A program made the translations under genes and the position numbers. The notes under the pieces were generated by a model. That model was not told the origin of the DNA. It was given only the letters and a program-made list of their open reading frames with translations, and searched no databases. A stretch of DNA of 64,000 nucleotides. Origin: an uncultured Pirellulales bacterium. GTDB lineage: Bacteria; Planctomycetota; Phycisphaerae; Sedimentisphaerales; Anaerobacaceae. Location: contig CAYQXM010000015.1 in assembly GCA_964421295.1 (NCBI GenBank), forward strand, positions 769 through 64,768, in the 5' to 3' direction. Each line of letters begins with the position of its first letter. The first letter of the stretch is position 1. Of the stretch, positions 17,411 through 27,509 are shown piece after piece.

Positions 17411-18967
17411 TCACGGCTTGCGGAAGTTCCAGCGGGCCTTGTCACTCCTGGGGTCGAACCGGGCCAGTGTCGGTGTGCTGGCGCCCACCGCCGTCAGAGC
17501 CAGAGGGCCCTCGGCGTTGGGCACGGATTTGGGCATGATGCGGTACGTGCCGTCGATCAACTGGTCGATGCGCCACAGTTGTTCGGGTTGTCCGGTGAAG
17601 GCAGGAACCGCAGTCACCTCGGCCTCCGGCGTGGCGGACAGCGTGCGCTCCGTGCCGGCGATGGTGATCCTGAACCACGGGCCGCCGAGAGTGCCGCCCG
17701 CGCCCGGGACGGGCGTGATCGTCCACTTCTGGTGCGCTTGCAGCATGTAATCGCCGATGCGAACGGGGAGAACGCCGGCGGGCCAATTCCTGGAGACTTC
17801 GTTGACATCCTGGTTCGCAATGGCAGTCACGGGGCCACTCGGAGCGCCGAACATTCCGCCGCCGAACCCGCCGCGGCGGGCGCCCCGACCGGAGAGAGCG
17901 TTGGGATCCGTCGGCGCATTGGCGCCGCGCGTGCCTCTGCCGCCGCCCATGCCCATTTCCCTGCCGCGGCGGGCGCCGCCGACCGGGACACCGTCCACGC
18001 CCAGCTCCAGGGCGTAGCCGCTGCGCTCGGACTCGATTTCAAAGGTGCCGCCGGTGAAGTTGTCACCCGTGACAGGCCAGCCGTTCTGCCAGAGCAGGGC
18101 GCGGATGTCCAGGATGCTGCGCCCACCGCGGTCGAGGTCGGCTTCGTAATGGCAGGAGTATTTCTGCACGCCGTCGCCCAGGTCGATCAGGCCGAAGTGG
18201 CCGGGGCCGATGAGGCGACCGTTGGCGGCCACGACGAGCTTGCCGCCGCCTTTGAGCATGTCGATGCCCATGTTGTCGAGGTAGGGACCGGTCACCTTCC
18301 GGGAGCGGCCCACGCGGATGTTGTAGCTGGAGTTGGCGCCGTTGCAGCACGTGCCGTGCGTGCCCAGCAGGTAGTACCAGCCCTCGCGATACATCAGGGC
18401 CGTGGCTTCGCAGTCGATGGCGATGTTCACCGGCTCATTGCCCGCGACGCGCCGGCCCGTCTTCGGATCGAGCTCGACGAGGCGGATGTAGCCGAAGTAG
18501 GTGCCGTAGGTGAGCCACAGCCGGCCGTCGGTGGGATCGAGCAGCAGCGACGGATCGATGGCGTCGCAATCCTCGACGCCGTCACTCGAGGCGACCACGA
18601 CAGCCTCGGAGTACTTGAAGTCGGGAGAATTGGGGTCGAGCGTTTTGTTCCACATCGTCAGAATCCTGCCGTTGTGCCCGCCGCCCAGACCGCCGCCGGT
18701 GGCGCCGTAGGCCACGAGGTAGCGTTCTCCGATCTTGAGGGCGTCCGGTGCCGCCCCGCCGCCGGGACGCACGCCGCCGCGGTTCCAGGTCCAGCCATCG
18801 ACGGAGACCAGGCCCCCGCCGCCCGTGCCGAAAGTGTAGTACTTGCCGGCGCACTCCATGATGGTCGAAGGATCGTGGATGTAGGGCGCGCCGTCCAAAG
18901 CGAGGGCCGGACCGGACATCCAGAGACAGATCAGGCTGGGAACTACTGCAAGAAAGCGGAATTTCAT
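17411..18967 (-). CDS. Glycoside hydrolase family 43 with a C-terminal ricin-type (QxW) lectin domain, secreted
   Basis: Signal peptide MKFRFLAVVPSLICLWMSGPALA. GH43 five-bladed propeller motifs (IHDPSTIMECAGKYYTFGTG, DAIDPSLLLD). C-terminal EQLWRIDQLIDGTYRI. GGGAGG RBS. Confidence 0.8.
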   Translation of the reverse strand: MKFRFLAVVPSLICLWMSGPALALDGAPYIHDPSTIMECAGKYYTFGTGGGGLVSVDGWTWNRGGVRPGGGAAPDALKIGERYLVAYGATGGGLGGGHNGRILTMWNKTLDPNSPDFKYSEAVVVASSDGVEDCDAIDPSLLLDPTDGRLWLTYGTYFGYIRLVELDPKTGRRVAGNEPVNIAIDCEATALMYREGWYYLLGTHGTCCNGANSSYNIRVGRSRKVTGPYLDNMGIDMLKGGGKLVVAANGRLIGPGHFGLIDLGDGVQKYSCHYEADLDRGGRSILDIRALLWQNGWPVTGDNFTGGTFEIESERSGYALELGVDGVPVGGARRGREMGMGGGRGTRGANAPTDPNALSGRGARRGGFGGGMFGAPSGPVTAIANQDVNEVSRNWPAGVLPVRIGDYMLQAHQKWTITPVPGAGGTLGGPWFRITIAGTERTLSATPEAEVTAVPAFTGQPEQLWRIDQLIDGTYRIMPKSVPNAEGPLALTAVGASTPTLARFDPRSDKARWNFRKP

Positions 18968-18984
18968 AGAACCTCCCAGGGGAC

Positions 18985-19049
18985 GGAAGTCCTAAGTTTT
19001 GAGTGTTGAGTCCTAAGTTAACTTAGGACTGAGGACTCAGAACTCAGGA
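18985..19049. repeat. Degenerate heptanucleotide tract filling most of an 82-nt intergenic gap
   Basis: ggaagtc ctaagtt ttgagtg ttgagtc ctaagtt aacttag gactgag gactcag aactcag. It uses the same word family as 8183-8217. Confidence 0.6.
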
Positions 19050-19772
19050 CTAATTCAGAGTGATATCTTTGATCGGGTCGCCCTTTTCATCGATGAAACG
19101 GACACAGAAATCGCTCAAGCCGGGGCCGTTGATGACGGCGCCGCGAATGACGTTGCGTCCCTGGTTGAGCGTGAGGCGCTTGGAGACGCCATCATCCATG
19201 ACCATGCGCCGATCGCCGAAGAGGGTGACGGCTTCCTGGCCGTTGAGCCACCACATGGACGCCGAGTTGGAGCCGGCAGCCAGGCGCACGTTCAGCATCT
19301 CGCGCGGGCTGTCGACGACCGTCACGGCCCAGAACAGAACGCCATACTCCGGCTTGTTCAAGCCGTAAGCGAAACGAAAGAGCTTGACGTTCCAGGTCGT
19401 CGAGTCCAGGGCATGCCAGGCGAGCGGCGTGTCGGCCACCGTCACCGTGTCGCCGTCATGCGGCACGACGGTGAACTGGTCGGGGAAGTATTCGGCGTTG
19501 AACGTGCTCCGGATGAAGCTCTCATTGAATCCCGTATTGCTGCGGATCGACTGCTTGATCGGCTCGAGCAGCAGCCAGCGCTGGAGGAAGCCGTCGGGGT
19601 CCGGCGCCTTGGCGCCTGCGGTAGCCGGCGTGAAGTACGGCGCGAGGCTGCGACCCGCGGCACCGGTCGCGGAGTCGCCCACCGCCCGGCCCGGCGCAGC
19701 GGAGCAACCCTGAAACGCCAACACGATCAGAACGGCGGATACCGGCAGTACGATGGAGCGGAGTGTGTTCAT
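19050..19772 (-). CDS. Secreted lipoprotein with a jelly-roll (galactose-binding-like) domain, function unknown
   Basis: MNTLRSIVLPVSAVLIVLAFQGCSA lipobox. The C-terminal pattern LAAGSNSASMWWLNGQEA resembles sugar-binding jelly-roll modules. Confidence 0.55.
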   Translation of the reverse strand: MNTLRSIVLPVSAVLIVLAFQGCSAAPGRAVGDSATGAAGRSLAPYFTPATAGAKAPDPDGFLQRWLLLEPIKQSIRSNTGFNESFIRSTFNAEYFPDQFTVVPHDGDTVTVADTPLAWHALDSTTWNVKLFRFAYGLNKPEYGVLFWAVTVVDSPREMLNVRLAAGSNSASMWWLNGQEAVTLFGDRRMVMDDGVSKRLTLNQGRNVIRGAVINGPGLSDFCVRFIDEKGDPIKDITLN

Positions 19773-19863
19773 AGTAGGCTCTTGCAGATTTCTGACTTTT
19801 GCGTATGACACGAGAACAGATCTTTCGTCGTGGGGACCAACGTACACAATCCCTGCCGCCCTG

Positions 19864-21057
19864 TCAATCCCCAGCCAGGATCAAGCCCGGATGGTGGCCC
19901 GTGAGGCTGCGGCCGCCGTCGGGGGTGACTGCGAAGGTGTCCTCGATGCCGACCATGCCGACGCCGGGGATGCCCTTCTTGGGTTCCAGGGCCAGCACCA
20001 TGCCCTCGGCTAACGGCTCGTCGAATCCCTCGGCCAGCACGGGCAGATCGTCGATCTGCAGGCCAACTCCGTGCCCGAGAAAGTTGGCCCGGCGGGCGCC
20101 GAAGCCCATGAAGTTCTCCAGGAATGCCGGGTCCAGTTCCTTCATGACGCCGGTATAGATCTGCGAGGGGATGGCGCCGGGTTTGAGCCCCGCGGCCAGT
20201 TGGTGCTGGATCTCCACGCAGCGTTTGTGCGTCGCGATCACCTCTTCCGGCAGCGGCCGGCCGAACATGTAGACCATGGTCTTATCCGTGTGATAACCCT
20301 CCACGGCCAGGCCGATGTCCACGAACACCAGGTCGCCCGGGCTGAGCTTGCGGTCGCGGCTGCCCAGAATCGGCGCCGCGGGGCACAGACCCAGGCACCC
20401 GCCCGGCCCGTCGAAGCTGGTGGGATAGAGCGAATTGACCCCGAAAGCCAACTGCCCCACGGCGATATCCGCACCGAACGCGCCGAAACGGACCGTGCCC
20501 TGATGTCCCGCGCGAACCATAAGCGAGTACAGATCGGCGCCGAGCTCCGCCTCGCTCATCCCCGCGCGGAGCAGCACGGGGACCCCATCCTCCAGGACGC
20601 GCCGGTGGATGGCCCCGGCCTGTTCCAGGAGCGCCAGCTCGTAGGGACTCTTCACGGCCCGCAGACGAGCCAGCGTCGCGTCGAGGCCCGTGACCTCCCG
20701 GCAGGGGAAGTATTTGCGGAAACGCCCCAGCAGCGCCAACGGGACCACCTCGGCGTCGACGTGGATGACCTCCCGCGCGCCGGGGACCGCCGGGGCGGCG
20801 TCACGATAGCCCTTCATGGGCCGGATGTCCGGAAACGACGACTCGGCGCCGGCCCGCTCGAAGCTGCGGCGGACGCAGAACACGGCCGGGGCGTCACGGG
20901 GAATCAGCAGCACGCCGTCCTGCATCGTGCCGGTGAAGTAGTACTGGTTGATCCGGCCGAAGAGGGCGGCCAGCTCCCAACGCGGGTGCGCCGCGTCCAT
21001 GCCGGACCGAAAACGCTCCATCCGGTCGGCCAGTTCAGTGACAGGTATCAAAGCCAT
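19864..21057 (-). CDS. M24-family metallopeptidase (Xaa-Pro aminopeptidase / creatinase fold)
   Basis: Pita-bread fold metal-ligand contexts: LVFVDIGLAVEGYHTDKTM, FLGHGVGLQIDD, LALEPKKG, GIEDTF. I prefer the start at MALIPVTEL (21057). Confidence 0.82.
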   Translation of the reverse strand: MALIPVTELADRMERFRSGMDAAHPRWELAALFGRINQYYFTGTMQDGVLLIPRDAPAVFCVRRSFERAGAESSFPDIRPMKGYRDAAPAVPGAREVIHVDAEVVPLALLGRFRKYFPCREVTGLDATLARLRAVKSPYELALLEQAGAIHRRVLEDGVPVLLRAGMSEAELGADLYSLMVRAGHQGTVRFGAFGADIAVGQLAFGVNSLYPTSFDGPGGCLGLCPAAPILGSRDRKLSPGDLVFVDIGLAVEGYHTDKTMVYMFGRPLPEEVIATHKRCVEIQHQLAAGLKPGAIPSQIYTGVMKELDPAFLENFMGFGARRANFLGHGVGLQIDDLPVLAEGFDEPLAEGMVLALEPKKGIPGVGMVGIEDTFAVTPDGGRSLTGHHPGLILAGD

Positions 21058-21249
21058 GGCGATCTCAGCTAAGGTTACGCTTGGGTCCAACCTCCACCTC
21101 GGAGGCTGCCCAGTCGACCCCAGCATAGTGGAGAACGGACAAAGAGGGAAGCCCTTTTACCGGAACGACCGCCCTGACCAGGCGCCGGAACAACGGCTCG
21201 AACCGACGGGAATACGTGCCACATTCTCACAGAACGGCAGCGTGCGTCC

Positions 21250-21278
21250 TTGACAGTGACATGAAGGAAAGGTAGCGT
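21250..21278 (+). promoter_or_regulatory. Candidate sigma70-type promoter for the lipoprotein pair
   Basis: TTGACA (21250-21255), a 17-nt spacer, then TAGCGT. The predicted transcript would start at the 5' arm of a 10-bp long-range helix (21283-21292 / 21372-21381). Confidence 0.3.
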
Positions 21279-21498
21279 GGGAGCCTTGCGACACGAGCAT
21301 CAGACGCCGTTGCGGGTGGATCTCGTGCGGGTGGTGGCGCTGGGAGTTGCAGAACGGAGCTGGTACAGGCCGTCGCAAGGCCTCGTCCCTTTCTGTGGCG
21401 TGCGCAATCAGAGCTTGCTCGAGTGACCCTCGTGCGGCCTCGGGACAAGGTAGAGTATTCACTTACCGCGAACCTTAGTGCGAAAGGAGATTGTCCAG

Positions 21499-22044
21499 AT
21501 GATTCGTCCGTGTGTTTCGTCCGCGCTCCGGGGCCTGGTGCTGCTCGGGTGCGTATTGTCCCTGGCGTCCTGTTCCGGGGGCCGCTACACGCCCAAAGCG
21601 TCGCTGGCCGAGGGCCTGGTCCGGAAGGTGTCGTGTCCGAGCGCAGTGGCGGTGGTCAACGGCCAGAGTGACAGCGTGGAGCACCAGCTGGAATTCGGCC
21701 GATACGCGGTACAGTATCAGGAGTTCACCCAGGCGGTGGTCGACGCCTTGAAGGGCGAGTTCGAACGCAACGGCGTGACGGTGCAGGAGGGGGCGGCCAA
21801 GACGCTGCGCGTCACGGTGACGAATATCACCATGATGCCGTCGGGGATGACTTACCGGGCGACGATTGAAGCCACCGTCGAGACGGGGGACGGCAAGGGG
21901 GCGCGGTTCCAGCCCAGCCGAGGTTCCTACGCCTCCGGCTTCAATCTGACGTTCAGCCCCATGAAGCCTATGGACGCCTCGTTCCGCGATCTGGTAGCGG
22001 CTATCCCGGAAAACGATGTCATCAAGGAGTACCTCGCGAAGTGA
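21499..22044 (+). CDS. Lipoprotein, function unknown
   Basis: ATG at 21499 follows AAAGGAG (the track start at 21478 is a GTG). Signal and lipobox: MIRPCVSSALRGLVLLGCVLSLASCSG. Confidence 0.65.
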   Translation: MIRPCVSSALRGLVLLGCVLSLASCSGGRYTPKASLAEGLVRKVSCPSAVAVVNGQSDSVEHQLEFGRYAVQYQEFTQAVVDALKGEFERNGVTVQEGAAKTLRVTVTNITMMPSGMTYRATIEATVETGDGKGARFQPSRGSYASGFNLTFSPMKPMDASFRDLVAAIPENDVIKEYLAK

Positions 22045-22092
22045 CGTAGAATCTCGTGCTCGTTTCTATTACACTGGAGAAAGGAGAATCGC

Positions 22093-22530
22093 ATGCGCCT
22101 CATGGGTTGGTTGGTTTCACTGGCGGCCCTGGTCCTGTTGCAGGGCTGCACCATCAGTCAGAACGTCAAGGGTGTGGCAGACAAGAACATCAAGCAGATC
22201 AAGATCATCGTGAATCCCGCGGTGCGGAGCCAGTATCTCGATGCCATCCAGACCTCCGTGGAAAACCAGGGAGTCACGGTGGAGGTGATCCCGGCCACGT
22301 CGCTCCCGAAGGACTCTCCCTATGCCATGACCTACACGGCCAACTGGGCCTGGGACATCACCATGTACCTCGTCTACACGGAAATCAACGTGTATGAGAA
22401 CGGACAGGAAATCGGCAAAGCTGTCTACGATGCCCGGAGAGGGGGAGGCAATATGGGCAAGTTCATCAACGCGGAAAAGAAGGTGAACGAGCTGGTCACC
22501 GCTCTCTTCACCCAGAAGAAGCCCGACTAG
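22093..22530 (+). CDS. Small lipoprotein, function unknown
   Basis: AAGGAGA RBS. Lipobox in MRLMGWLVSLAALVLLQGCT. Confidence 0.65.
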   Translation: MRLMGWLVSLAALVLLQGCTISQNVKGVADKNIKQIKIIVNPAVRSQYLDAIQTSVENQGVTVEVIPATSLPKDSPYAMTYTANWAWDITMYLVYTEINVYENGQEIGKAVYDARRGGGNMGKFINAEKKVNELVTALFTQKKPD

Positions 22531-22569
22531 CAGACGTTTTGCCGTCTCTCCCTGCGCGGCTGGTTCGGC

Positions 22570-24582
22570 TCATCGGGTTGATGCGTCGGACCAGCCGGGT
22601 AGAGAGATGGTGGCCTGGTAGTTGGAGGTGTTGTAGAGCGGATTCCGGCTGGGGCGGTAAAGACGCCCGGACTTGGGATTATCGGATTGGGTGTAGACCC
22701 ACATCTGCCGCGGGTCCCACACGACGATCTCATCGCGGCCGTCGCCCGTGAGGTCCAGCACGGCGTAGCACATATCGGGGTGCCCATCGTCGGGGAATGT
22801 CACGACCTTGCGGCCCCACCCATCGCAGAGGCCGCCCTCGTCCACGTTGGCGTTGAGCACGAAGAACTCCTCCGAGCGCCCCGTCCAGTTGATCGGCAGG
22901 CACATGCTGCCGTACTGCGTGGGCTCGGCACTGTAATACACCCGGCCCTCGGCGTCGAAGAAGTGCAGGATGCCCTGGTTCCGCCAGAAGTTGATGGTCA
23001 CGATCTCGAGGCCCGGCAGGTCGTCCCGGAAATTGGCGAGCGCGGGACTCTGCACGTGGCCCAGCCAGCGGTGTAGCAGCACGCGACCCTGCATGTCCGC
23101 AAAGAAGATGCCTTCGTCGCTGGCGGCACAGACGAGTTTCAGGTCCGCGCCGTCGCGCAGGCGCAGAATCGCGGCGCCGTCGGCGTGATCGCTCAACCGG
23201 CCGTCCAGACTCCAGAGCACCTTGCCGTCGTCATCGAAGAGCGTATACCCGACCATCAGCTCCTCCCGCCCGTCGCCGTCGGTGTCACAGGCATAGGGGT
23301 AATGGCCCGTGTTGCACGCCGCGTCCCACAACGGCTGGAGCTTGTCGTTGCAGGCCCACACGTGCTGGTAGCGGTCCTTGATGACGATGTCACTGTCATG
23401 GCCCACGCCGCGCAGGTCGCAGAAGTAGAGGCAATCGCCCAGGATAGGGCCCGCGCCGGGCGCCGCGGGGGTCGGCGCCTGAAACCGCGTCCGCCCCGTG
23501 GCGCCGTCCGCCACGATCAGCGTGCGATTCATACAATAGACGACTTCATTCTTGCCGTCGCGGTCCAGATCATGAATCTGGAAGGCCACATCGTTGGTCA
23601 GGTGCGTCTTCCACGCGTCGGGCGTCCCGAGCTGCCAGAGGCGCTTGCCGTCGAACGTCATGGCAGTCAGGCAGCTCAGCTCGCTATTGCGATCGGTCGG
23701 GCCGTGGTGGACGACCTGGCCGATCAGCACGTCGAGGGCGCCGTCGTGGTTGAGGTCGCCGAACCGGACGTTGCGGCCCACGCCGAAGCCTTCCGTCTGA
23801 ATCTTCTTCCACACGACCGGCCGGGGATTGTCGGCCTGCAACTGCCTTTCCGTGTCGTCGCGCGCCCGCCGCGCCGCCTCGAACTTCTGCCGATCGCCGA
23901 GTGCAGTTGTGACTGTGACATCTGTGAACGCGGCGACGCCGTCCGCCGTCAGTCCGATCTTGCCGGAGGGGTACGTGGGATCGACGGCCTCCAGTTGGAC
24001 GCGCCCGTTGAGGCCGGCGCGAATCGCCGGGCCTTTCACCACAACATCAACGCTGAGAACTTCGCCCCCCTGCCACGCGAAATCCGCCCGGGCGAGAATC
24101 CTCTGCGATAACTGGCGAAACGCCGGGCCATGGTCGATCAGCTTCAGCACGGCCTGGCCGGACTCGACGCCGAAGAAGTAGTGACACCGGTCGTTCTGAT
24201 AACGGAAGAGGACGCCGCAGCGATAGGCGCCGGACTCGGGTTTGAGCAGCACGTGCAGTCGGTAGTCCTGCCAGAGGGCGTCCCCCGCCACGAGGATGGG
24301 GTAGGCATAGGCCAGATTGTTGGTGCCGGACTGGCACAGCCAGCGTTTGCCCTCGGCCCGGCGAATGCTCCACCAGCCCAGATCGTTGGACACGGACCAC
24401 GCGCAGCGTGGCGCCGCCTCGGGCAGATAGTGATACTCCGTGTGGGCGCCGACGGCCGTGCTGAGGGGACCTGCTCGCACGCCCGCGAGATCATCCTGAA
24501 ACAGAACGACCTCCCGGCGCGCCGGCGCACAGGAGCCCGCCGCCACAACCGCGATCCCCAGAAGGACGATGCCCTTTCTCAT
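22570..24582 (-). CDS. Secreted concanavalin/DUF1080-like domain + FG-GAP/PL11-like beta-propeller protein
   Basis: Has a signal peptide and an N-terminal lectin-like module. Repeated calcium-type loops: DLNHDGALDVLIG, DLDRDGKNEVV, DTDGDGREELMVG, DLTGDGRDEIVVWD. The C-terminal RNPLYNTSNYQATISLPGW is reminiscent of rhamnogalacturonan lyase PL11 (from memory). Confidence 0.6.
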   Translation of the reverse strand: MRKGIVLLGIAVVAAGSCAPARREVVLFQDDLAGVRAGPLSTAVGAHTEYHYLPEAAPRCAWSVSNDLGWWSIRRAEGKRWLCQSGTNNLAYAYPILVAGDALWQDYRLHVLLKPESGAYRCGVLFRYQNDRCHYFFGVESGQAVLKLIDHGPAFRQLSQRILARADFAWQGGEVLSVDVVVKGPAIRAGLNGRVQLEAVDPTYPSGKIGLTADGVAAFTDVTVTTALGDRQKFEAARRARDDTERQLQADNPRPVVWKKIQTEGFGVGRNVRFGDLNHDGALDVLIGQVVHHGPTDRNSELSCLTAMTFDGKRLWQLGTPDAWKTHLTNDVAFQIHDLDRDGKNEVVYCMNRTLIVADGATGRTRFQAPTPAAPGAGPILGDCLYFCDLRGVGHDSDIVIKDRYQHVWACNDKLQPLWDAACNTGHYPYACDTDGDGREELMVGYTLFDDDGKVLWSLDGRLSDHADGAAILRLRDGADLKLVCAASDEGIFFADMQGRVLLHRWLGHVQSPALANFRDDLPGLEIVTINFWRNQGILHFFDAEGRVYYSAEPTQYGSMCLPINWTGRSEEFFVLNANVDEGGLCDGWGRKVVTFPDDGHPDMCYAVLDLTGDGRDEIVVWDPRQMWVYTQSDNPKSGRLYRPSRNPLYNTSNYQATISLPGWSDASTR

Positions 24583-24794
24583 ATCGGATCCCTCGTCTGG
24601 TCTTTTGCTGATCCCGCGTATCGAGCGGGATCATGGCGAATTCAGGATAAGCCCGGCACTGCCGGGATGCCACCGAATTCCCGAGAACGACGATGGCGGC
24701 GGAACCGAATTCGATTGCACGGAGCGCGCGGGATGGGTAGAAGACAAAGAACAGGTCGACCATTCGATACTCACAAGGATGTAGAGAGGTACAC

Positions 24795-26435
24795 ATGAAA
24801 ACGGTCACACGCACGCCGGCGGGCTCTGCCCTGTTCCAGCTCTTCGCTTTGGCACTCCTGTGGGCGGTTGCGAGCGGGTGTGCGCTGGCACCGCAGAGTA
24901 CCGGCGGGCGGGTCTACTATGTGGCGGCCGACGGCGACGACGGGAACTCCGGACGGTCTCCGGCCACGGCGTGGAAGACCCTCGAACGGGTCAACCGCGA
25001 GACCTTCGGACCCGGCGATGCGATCCTCTTCCGCGCGGGCGACGTCTGGAACGGTCAGTTGCGACCGCTGGGCTCGGGCGCGCAGGACAAGCCCATTCGC
25101 CTGGACCGTTTCGGCGCGGGGGCCATGCCCATCGTCAATCTGGGGACCGCCACGGGAGCGGGGATCAAGCTCGTCAACCAGGAGGGGTGGGTGATTCAGA
25201 ATATGGAGGTCACCAGCGGCGCGCCGCCCGAGGCGGGGGTAGGACGCCAGGGAATCGTGATTCTCGCCGAGGGCAGTGGCGGGCACACGGGGCATGTGAT
25301 CGTGCGCCACTGCTTCATCCACGATATCTGGGGGCAGCTCGGCGGGCGGGGCACGTTCACGGGCTACAACAGTGCGGCGATTTTCGTCGGGCCGGCGCAG
25401 GGACGGGGACGCAGCGAGGCAGGGGCGGACGATGTCACGATCGAGAACAACCGCATCGAGCGCATCGATCGCTGCGGCATCATCGTCTGGCGCGGGCACG
25501 ACCGCATCGTCGTGCGCGGCAACGTCATGGAGAACCTGGGCGGCGACGGGATTTTCATGAACGGCTGCCGGGCCGGGATGATGGAGCGCAATGTCGTGCG
25601 GCGGTCGTGTCTGCGGACGGGCGACCCCGACCTCGTCATCACCGGCAACTACAATCCCCACTCCGCCGCGATGTGGATTCAGGACTGCACCGATACGGTC
25701 ATGCAGTTCAACGAGGCGTACGACACGGGCCGCCAGCGCGGCAACGGCGACGGCAACGCGTACGACTTCGACTTCACCTGCCGCAACTGCATCGCCCAGT
25801 ACAACTACAGCCGGAACAATCATGGGTTCCTGCTGATCATGAACCGCGCCACAGGCAATGTCGCCCGCTACAACATCAGCGAGAACGATCAGACGCACCT
25901 GGTGCAGATGCAGGGGACACTGTCGGAGGGGAACCTCCTCTATCACAACGTTTTCTACGTCGACTACGGCACGGCGGATATCGACTTCTACATGGGCAAC
26001 GCCGAAGTCAGCGACGACAACAAGCGGCAGCTCGGCGCCCACTTCGAGAACAACATCTTCTACGCAACTGGACAAGGACGTTTCCGCACGGTGTACACGT
26101 ACAGCAGCGCCCTGGAGCGGAAGTACCTGGACCAGGTGCAGCTCGCGCCGGTCACGCCGGGGGCTATCATGCGGCATAACTGGTACTTCGGACCGTGGCT
26201 GAATGGCGCGCCCGACGATCCGGAGGCGATGAGGGGCGACCCACTGTTCGTCGCGCCCGGCACGGGCACTGCCGGCCTGGACTCACTCGGCGGCTATCGT
26301 CTCCGCCCGGGCTCTCCGTGTGCCGGGACTGCGACCGTGCTCGCGAATCGCGGCACGCGTGACCTCTTCGGCGACCCACTGAAGACCGACACGGCGTCGT
26401 TCGGCGTCTTTGAACCGCCCGCCGCATCCCTGTGA
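24795..26435 (+). CDS. Secreted right-handed parallel beta-helix (pectate-lyase fold) protein
   Basis: Lipobox-like signal. YYVAADGDDGNSGRSPATAWKTLERVN entry motif. Repeated N..I.....GI turns. Confidence 0.7.
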   Translation: MKTVTRTPAGSALFQLFALALLWAVASGCALAPQSTGGRVYYVAADGDDGNSGRSPATAWKTLERVNRETFGPGDAILFRAGDVWNGQLRPLGSGAQDKPIRLDRFGAGAMPIVNLGTATGAGIKLVNQEGWVIQNMEVTSGAPPEAGVGRQGIVILAEGSGGHTGHVIVRHCFIHDIWGQLGGRGTFTGYNSAAIFVGPAQGRGRSEAGADDVTIENNRIERIDRCGIIVWRGHDRIVVRGNVMENLGGDGIFMNGCRAGMMERNVVRRSCLRTGDPDLVITGNYNPHSAAMWIQDCTDTVMQFNEAYDTGRQRGNGDGNAYDFDFTCRNCIAQYNYSRNNHGFLLIMNRATGNVARYNISENDQTHLVQMQGTLSEGNLLYHNVFYVDYGTADIDFYMGNAEVSDDNKRQLGAHFENNIFYATGQGRFRTVYTYSSALERKYLDQVQLAPVTPGAIMRHNWYFGPWLNGAPDDPEAMRGDPLFVAPGTGTAGLDSLGGYRLRPGSPCAGTATVLANRGTRDLFGDPLKTDTASFGVFEPPAASL

Positions 26436-26450
26436 CACTGAAACCACTGT

Positions 26451-27509
26451 CTACTTGCTCAGGCAGGTTTTCAGGTCGCGCAGGAAGGCGCGGATAGCGC
26501 GCTCGGTGGTGTTCCAGGAACACATCAGGCGGGCACCGCCCAGACCGATGAACGTGTAGAAGTGCCAACCCCGCCCGTGCAGGGCCTCAATCACGGCGGG
26601 CGGCAGCTTCACGAAAACCGAGTTCGCCTGCCGAGGCAACATGATCTCGACCTCGGGGATTTGACGCAGTCGATCTTCGAGCAGTTGGGCGCAGTGATTT
26701 GCGTGCCGGGCGTGACGGAGCCACGCCCCGGTCTTGAGCACGCCGAGCCACTGGGCGGCGATGAACCGCATTTTGGCCGCCAGTTGGCCTGCCTGTTTGC
26801 AGCGGTACGCGAATTCCTCCGCGGGTTCGGGGTCAAAGAAGATCACGGCTTCGCCCAGGGCCAGGCCGTTCTTGGAGCCGCCGAAGCAGAGCACGTCGAC
26901 GCCGCAGTCCACGGAGATTTCGGCGGGCCGCACGCCCAGCGCGGCCACGGCGTTGGCGAAACGCGCGCCGTCCATATGGATCTTCAGCTGGTGGGCCCGG
27001 GCGGCCTTGTGCAGGGCCTTGAGCTCCTGCGGCGTGTATACCGTGCCCACCTCGGTGGCCTGTGTCACGCTCACGACCCGGGGCTTGGGATAGTGGACGT
27101 CGGTTCGGCGTGTCACGACCTCGTGCACGCCCGCAGGGTTCAGCTTGCCGTTCGGGCCCTCCGCCACGAGCAGCTTGGCCCCGTGCGAGAAGAACTCGGG
27201 GGCCCCGCACTCGTCCGTTTCCACGTGGGCGAGCCGGTGGCAGACGATGCTGTGAAAGGACTGGCACAAGGACGCCAAGGCCAGCGAATTGGCCGCGGTG
27301 CCGTTGAACACGAAGAACACCTCGCACGGCCGGCCGAACATTTCCCGGAAGAGATCGCACACCTCGGCGGTCCAGCGATCGTCGCCGTAGGAGAACTCGT
27401 GTCCGGCATTGACCTTCTCCAGACAGGCCAGGGCCTCGGGACAGATCCCCGAGTAGTTATCGCTGGCAAATTGCTCATTGAGCCCCCGGGGGGCCGTCAT
27501 CTTCTTCAT
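26451..27509 (-). CDS. ltaE: Low-specificity L-threonine aldolase (PLP-dependent beta-eliminating lyase family)
   Basis: FASDNYSGICPEAL...FVFNGTAANSLALASL...CFGGSKNGLALGEAVIFF (PLP lysine context). The start is ambiguous among ATGs at 27527, 27509 and 27500. Confidence 0.82.
   Translation of the reverse strand: MKKMTAPRGLNEQFASDNYSGICPEALACLEKVNAGHEFSYGDDRWTAEVCDLFREMFGRPCEVFFVFNGTAANSLALASLCQSFHSIVCHRLAHVETDECGAPEFFSHGAKLLVAEGPNGKLNPAGVHEVVTRRTDVHYPKPRVVSVTQATEVGTVYTPQELKALHKAARAHQLKIHMDGARFANAVAALGVRPAEISVDCGVDVLCFGGSKNGLALGEAVIFFDPEPAEEFAYRCKQAGQLAAKMRFIAAQWLGVLKTGAWLRHARHANHCAQLLEDRLRQIPEVEIMLPRQANSVFVKLPPAVIEALHGRGWHFYTFIGLGGARLMCSWNTTERAIRAFLRDLKTCLSK

Noticed and set aside
21174-21197. 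SRP (4.5S) RNA-like string ctgaccaggcgccggaacaacggc
   Set aside because: It only loosely resembles the CAGG..CCGGAAGGAAGCAGC core. The GGAA tetraloop lacks a proper closing helix and the symmetric-loop residues are absent.
21157-21462. 101-aa ORF in the divergent gap
   Set aside because: It has odd composition (Cys/His/Pro/Arg-rich) and no RBS. The region is better explained as a promoter plus structured leader.
22531-22569. Terminator between the convergent genes at 22530/22570
   Set aside because: Only a 5-bp stem (agacg/cgtct) is present, which is too weak to call.
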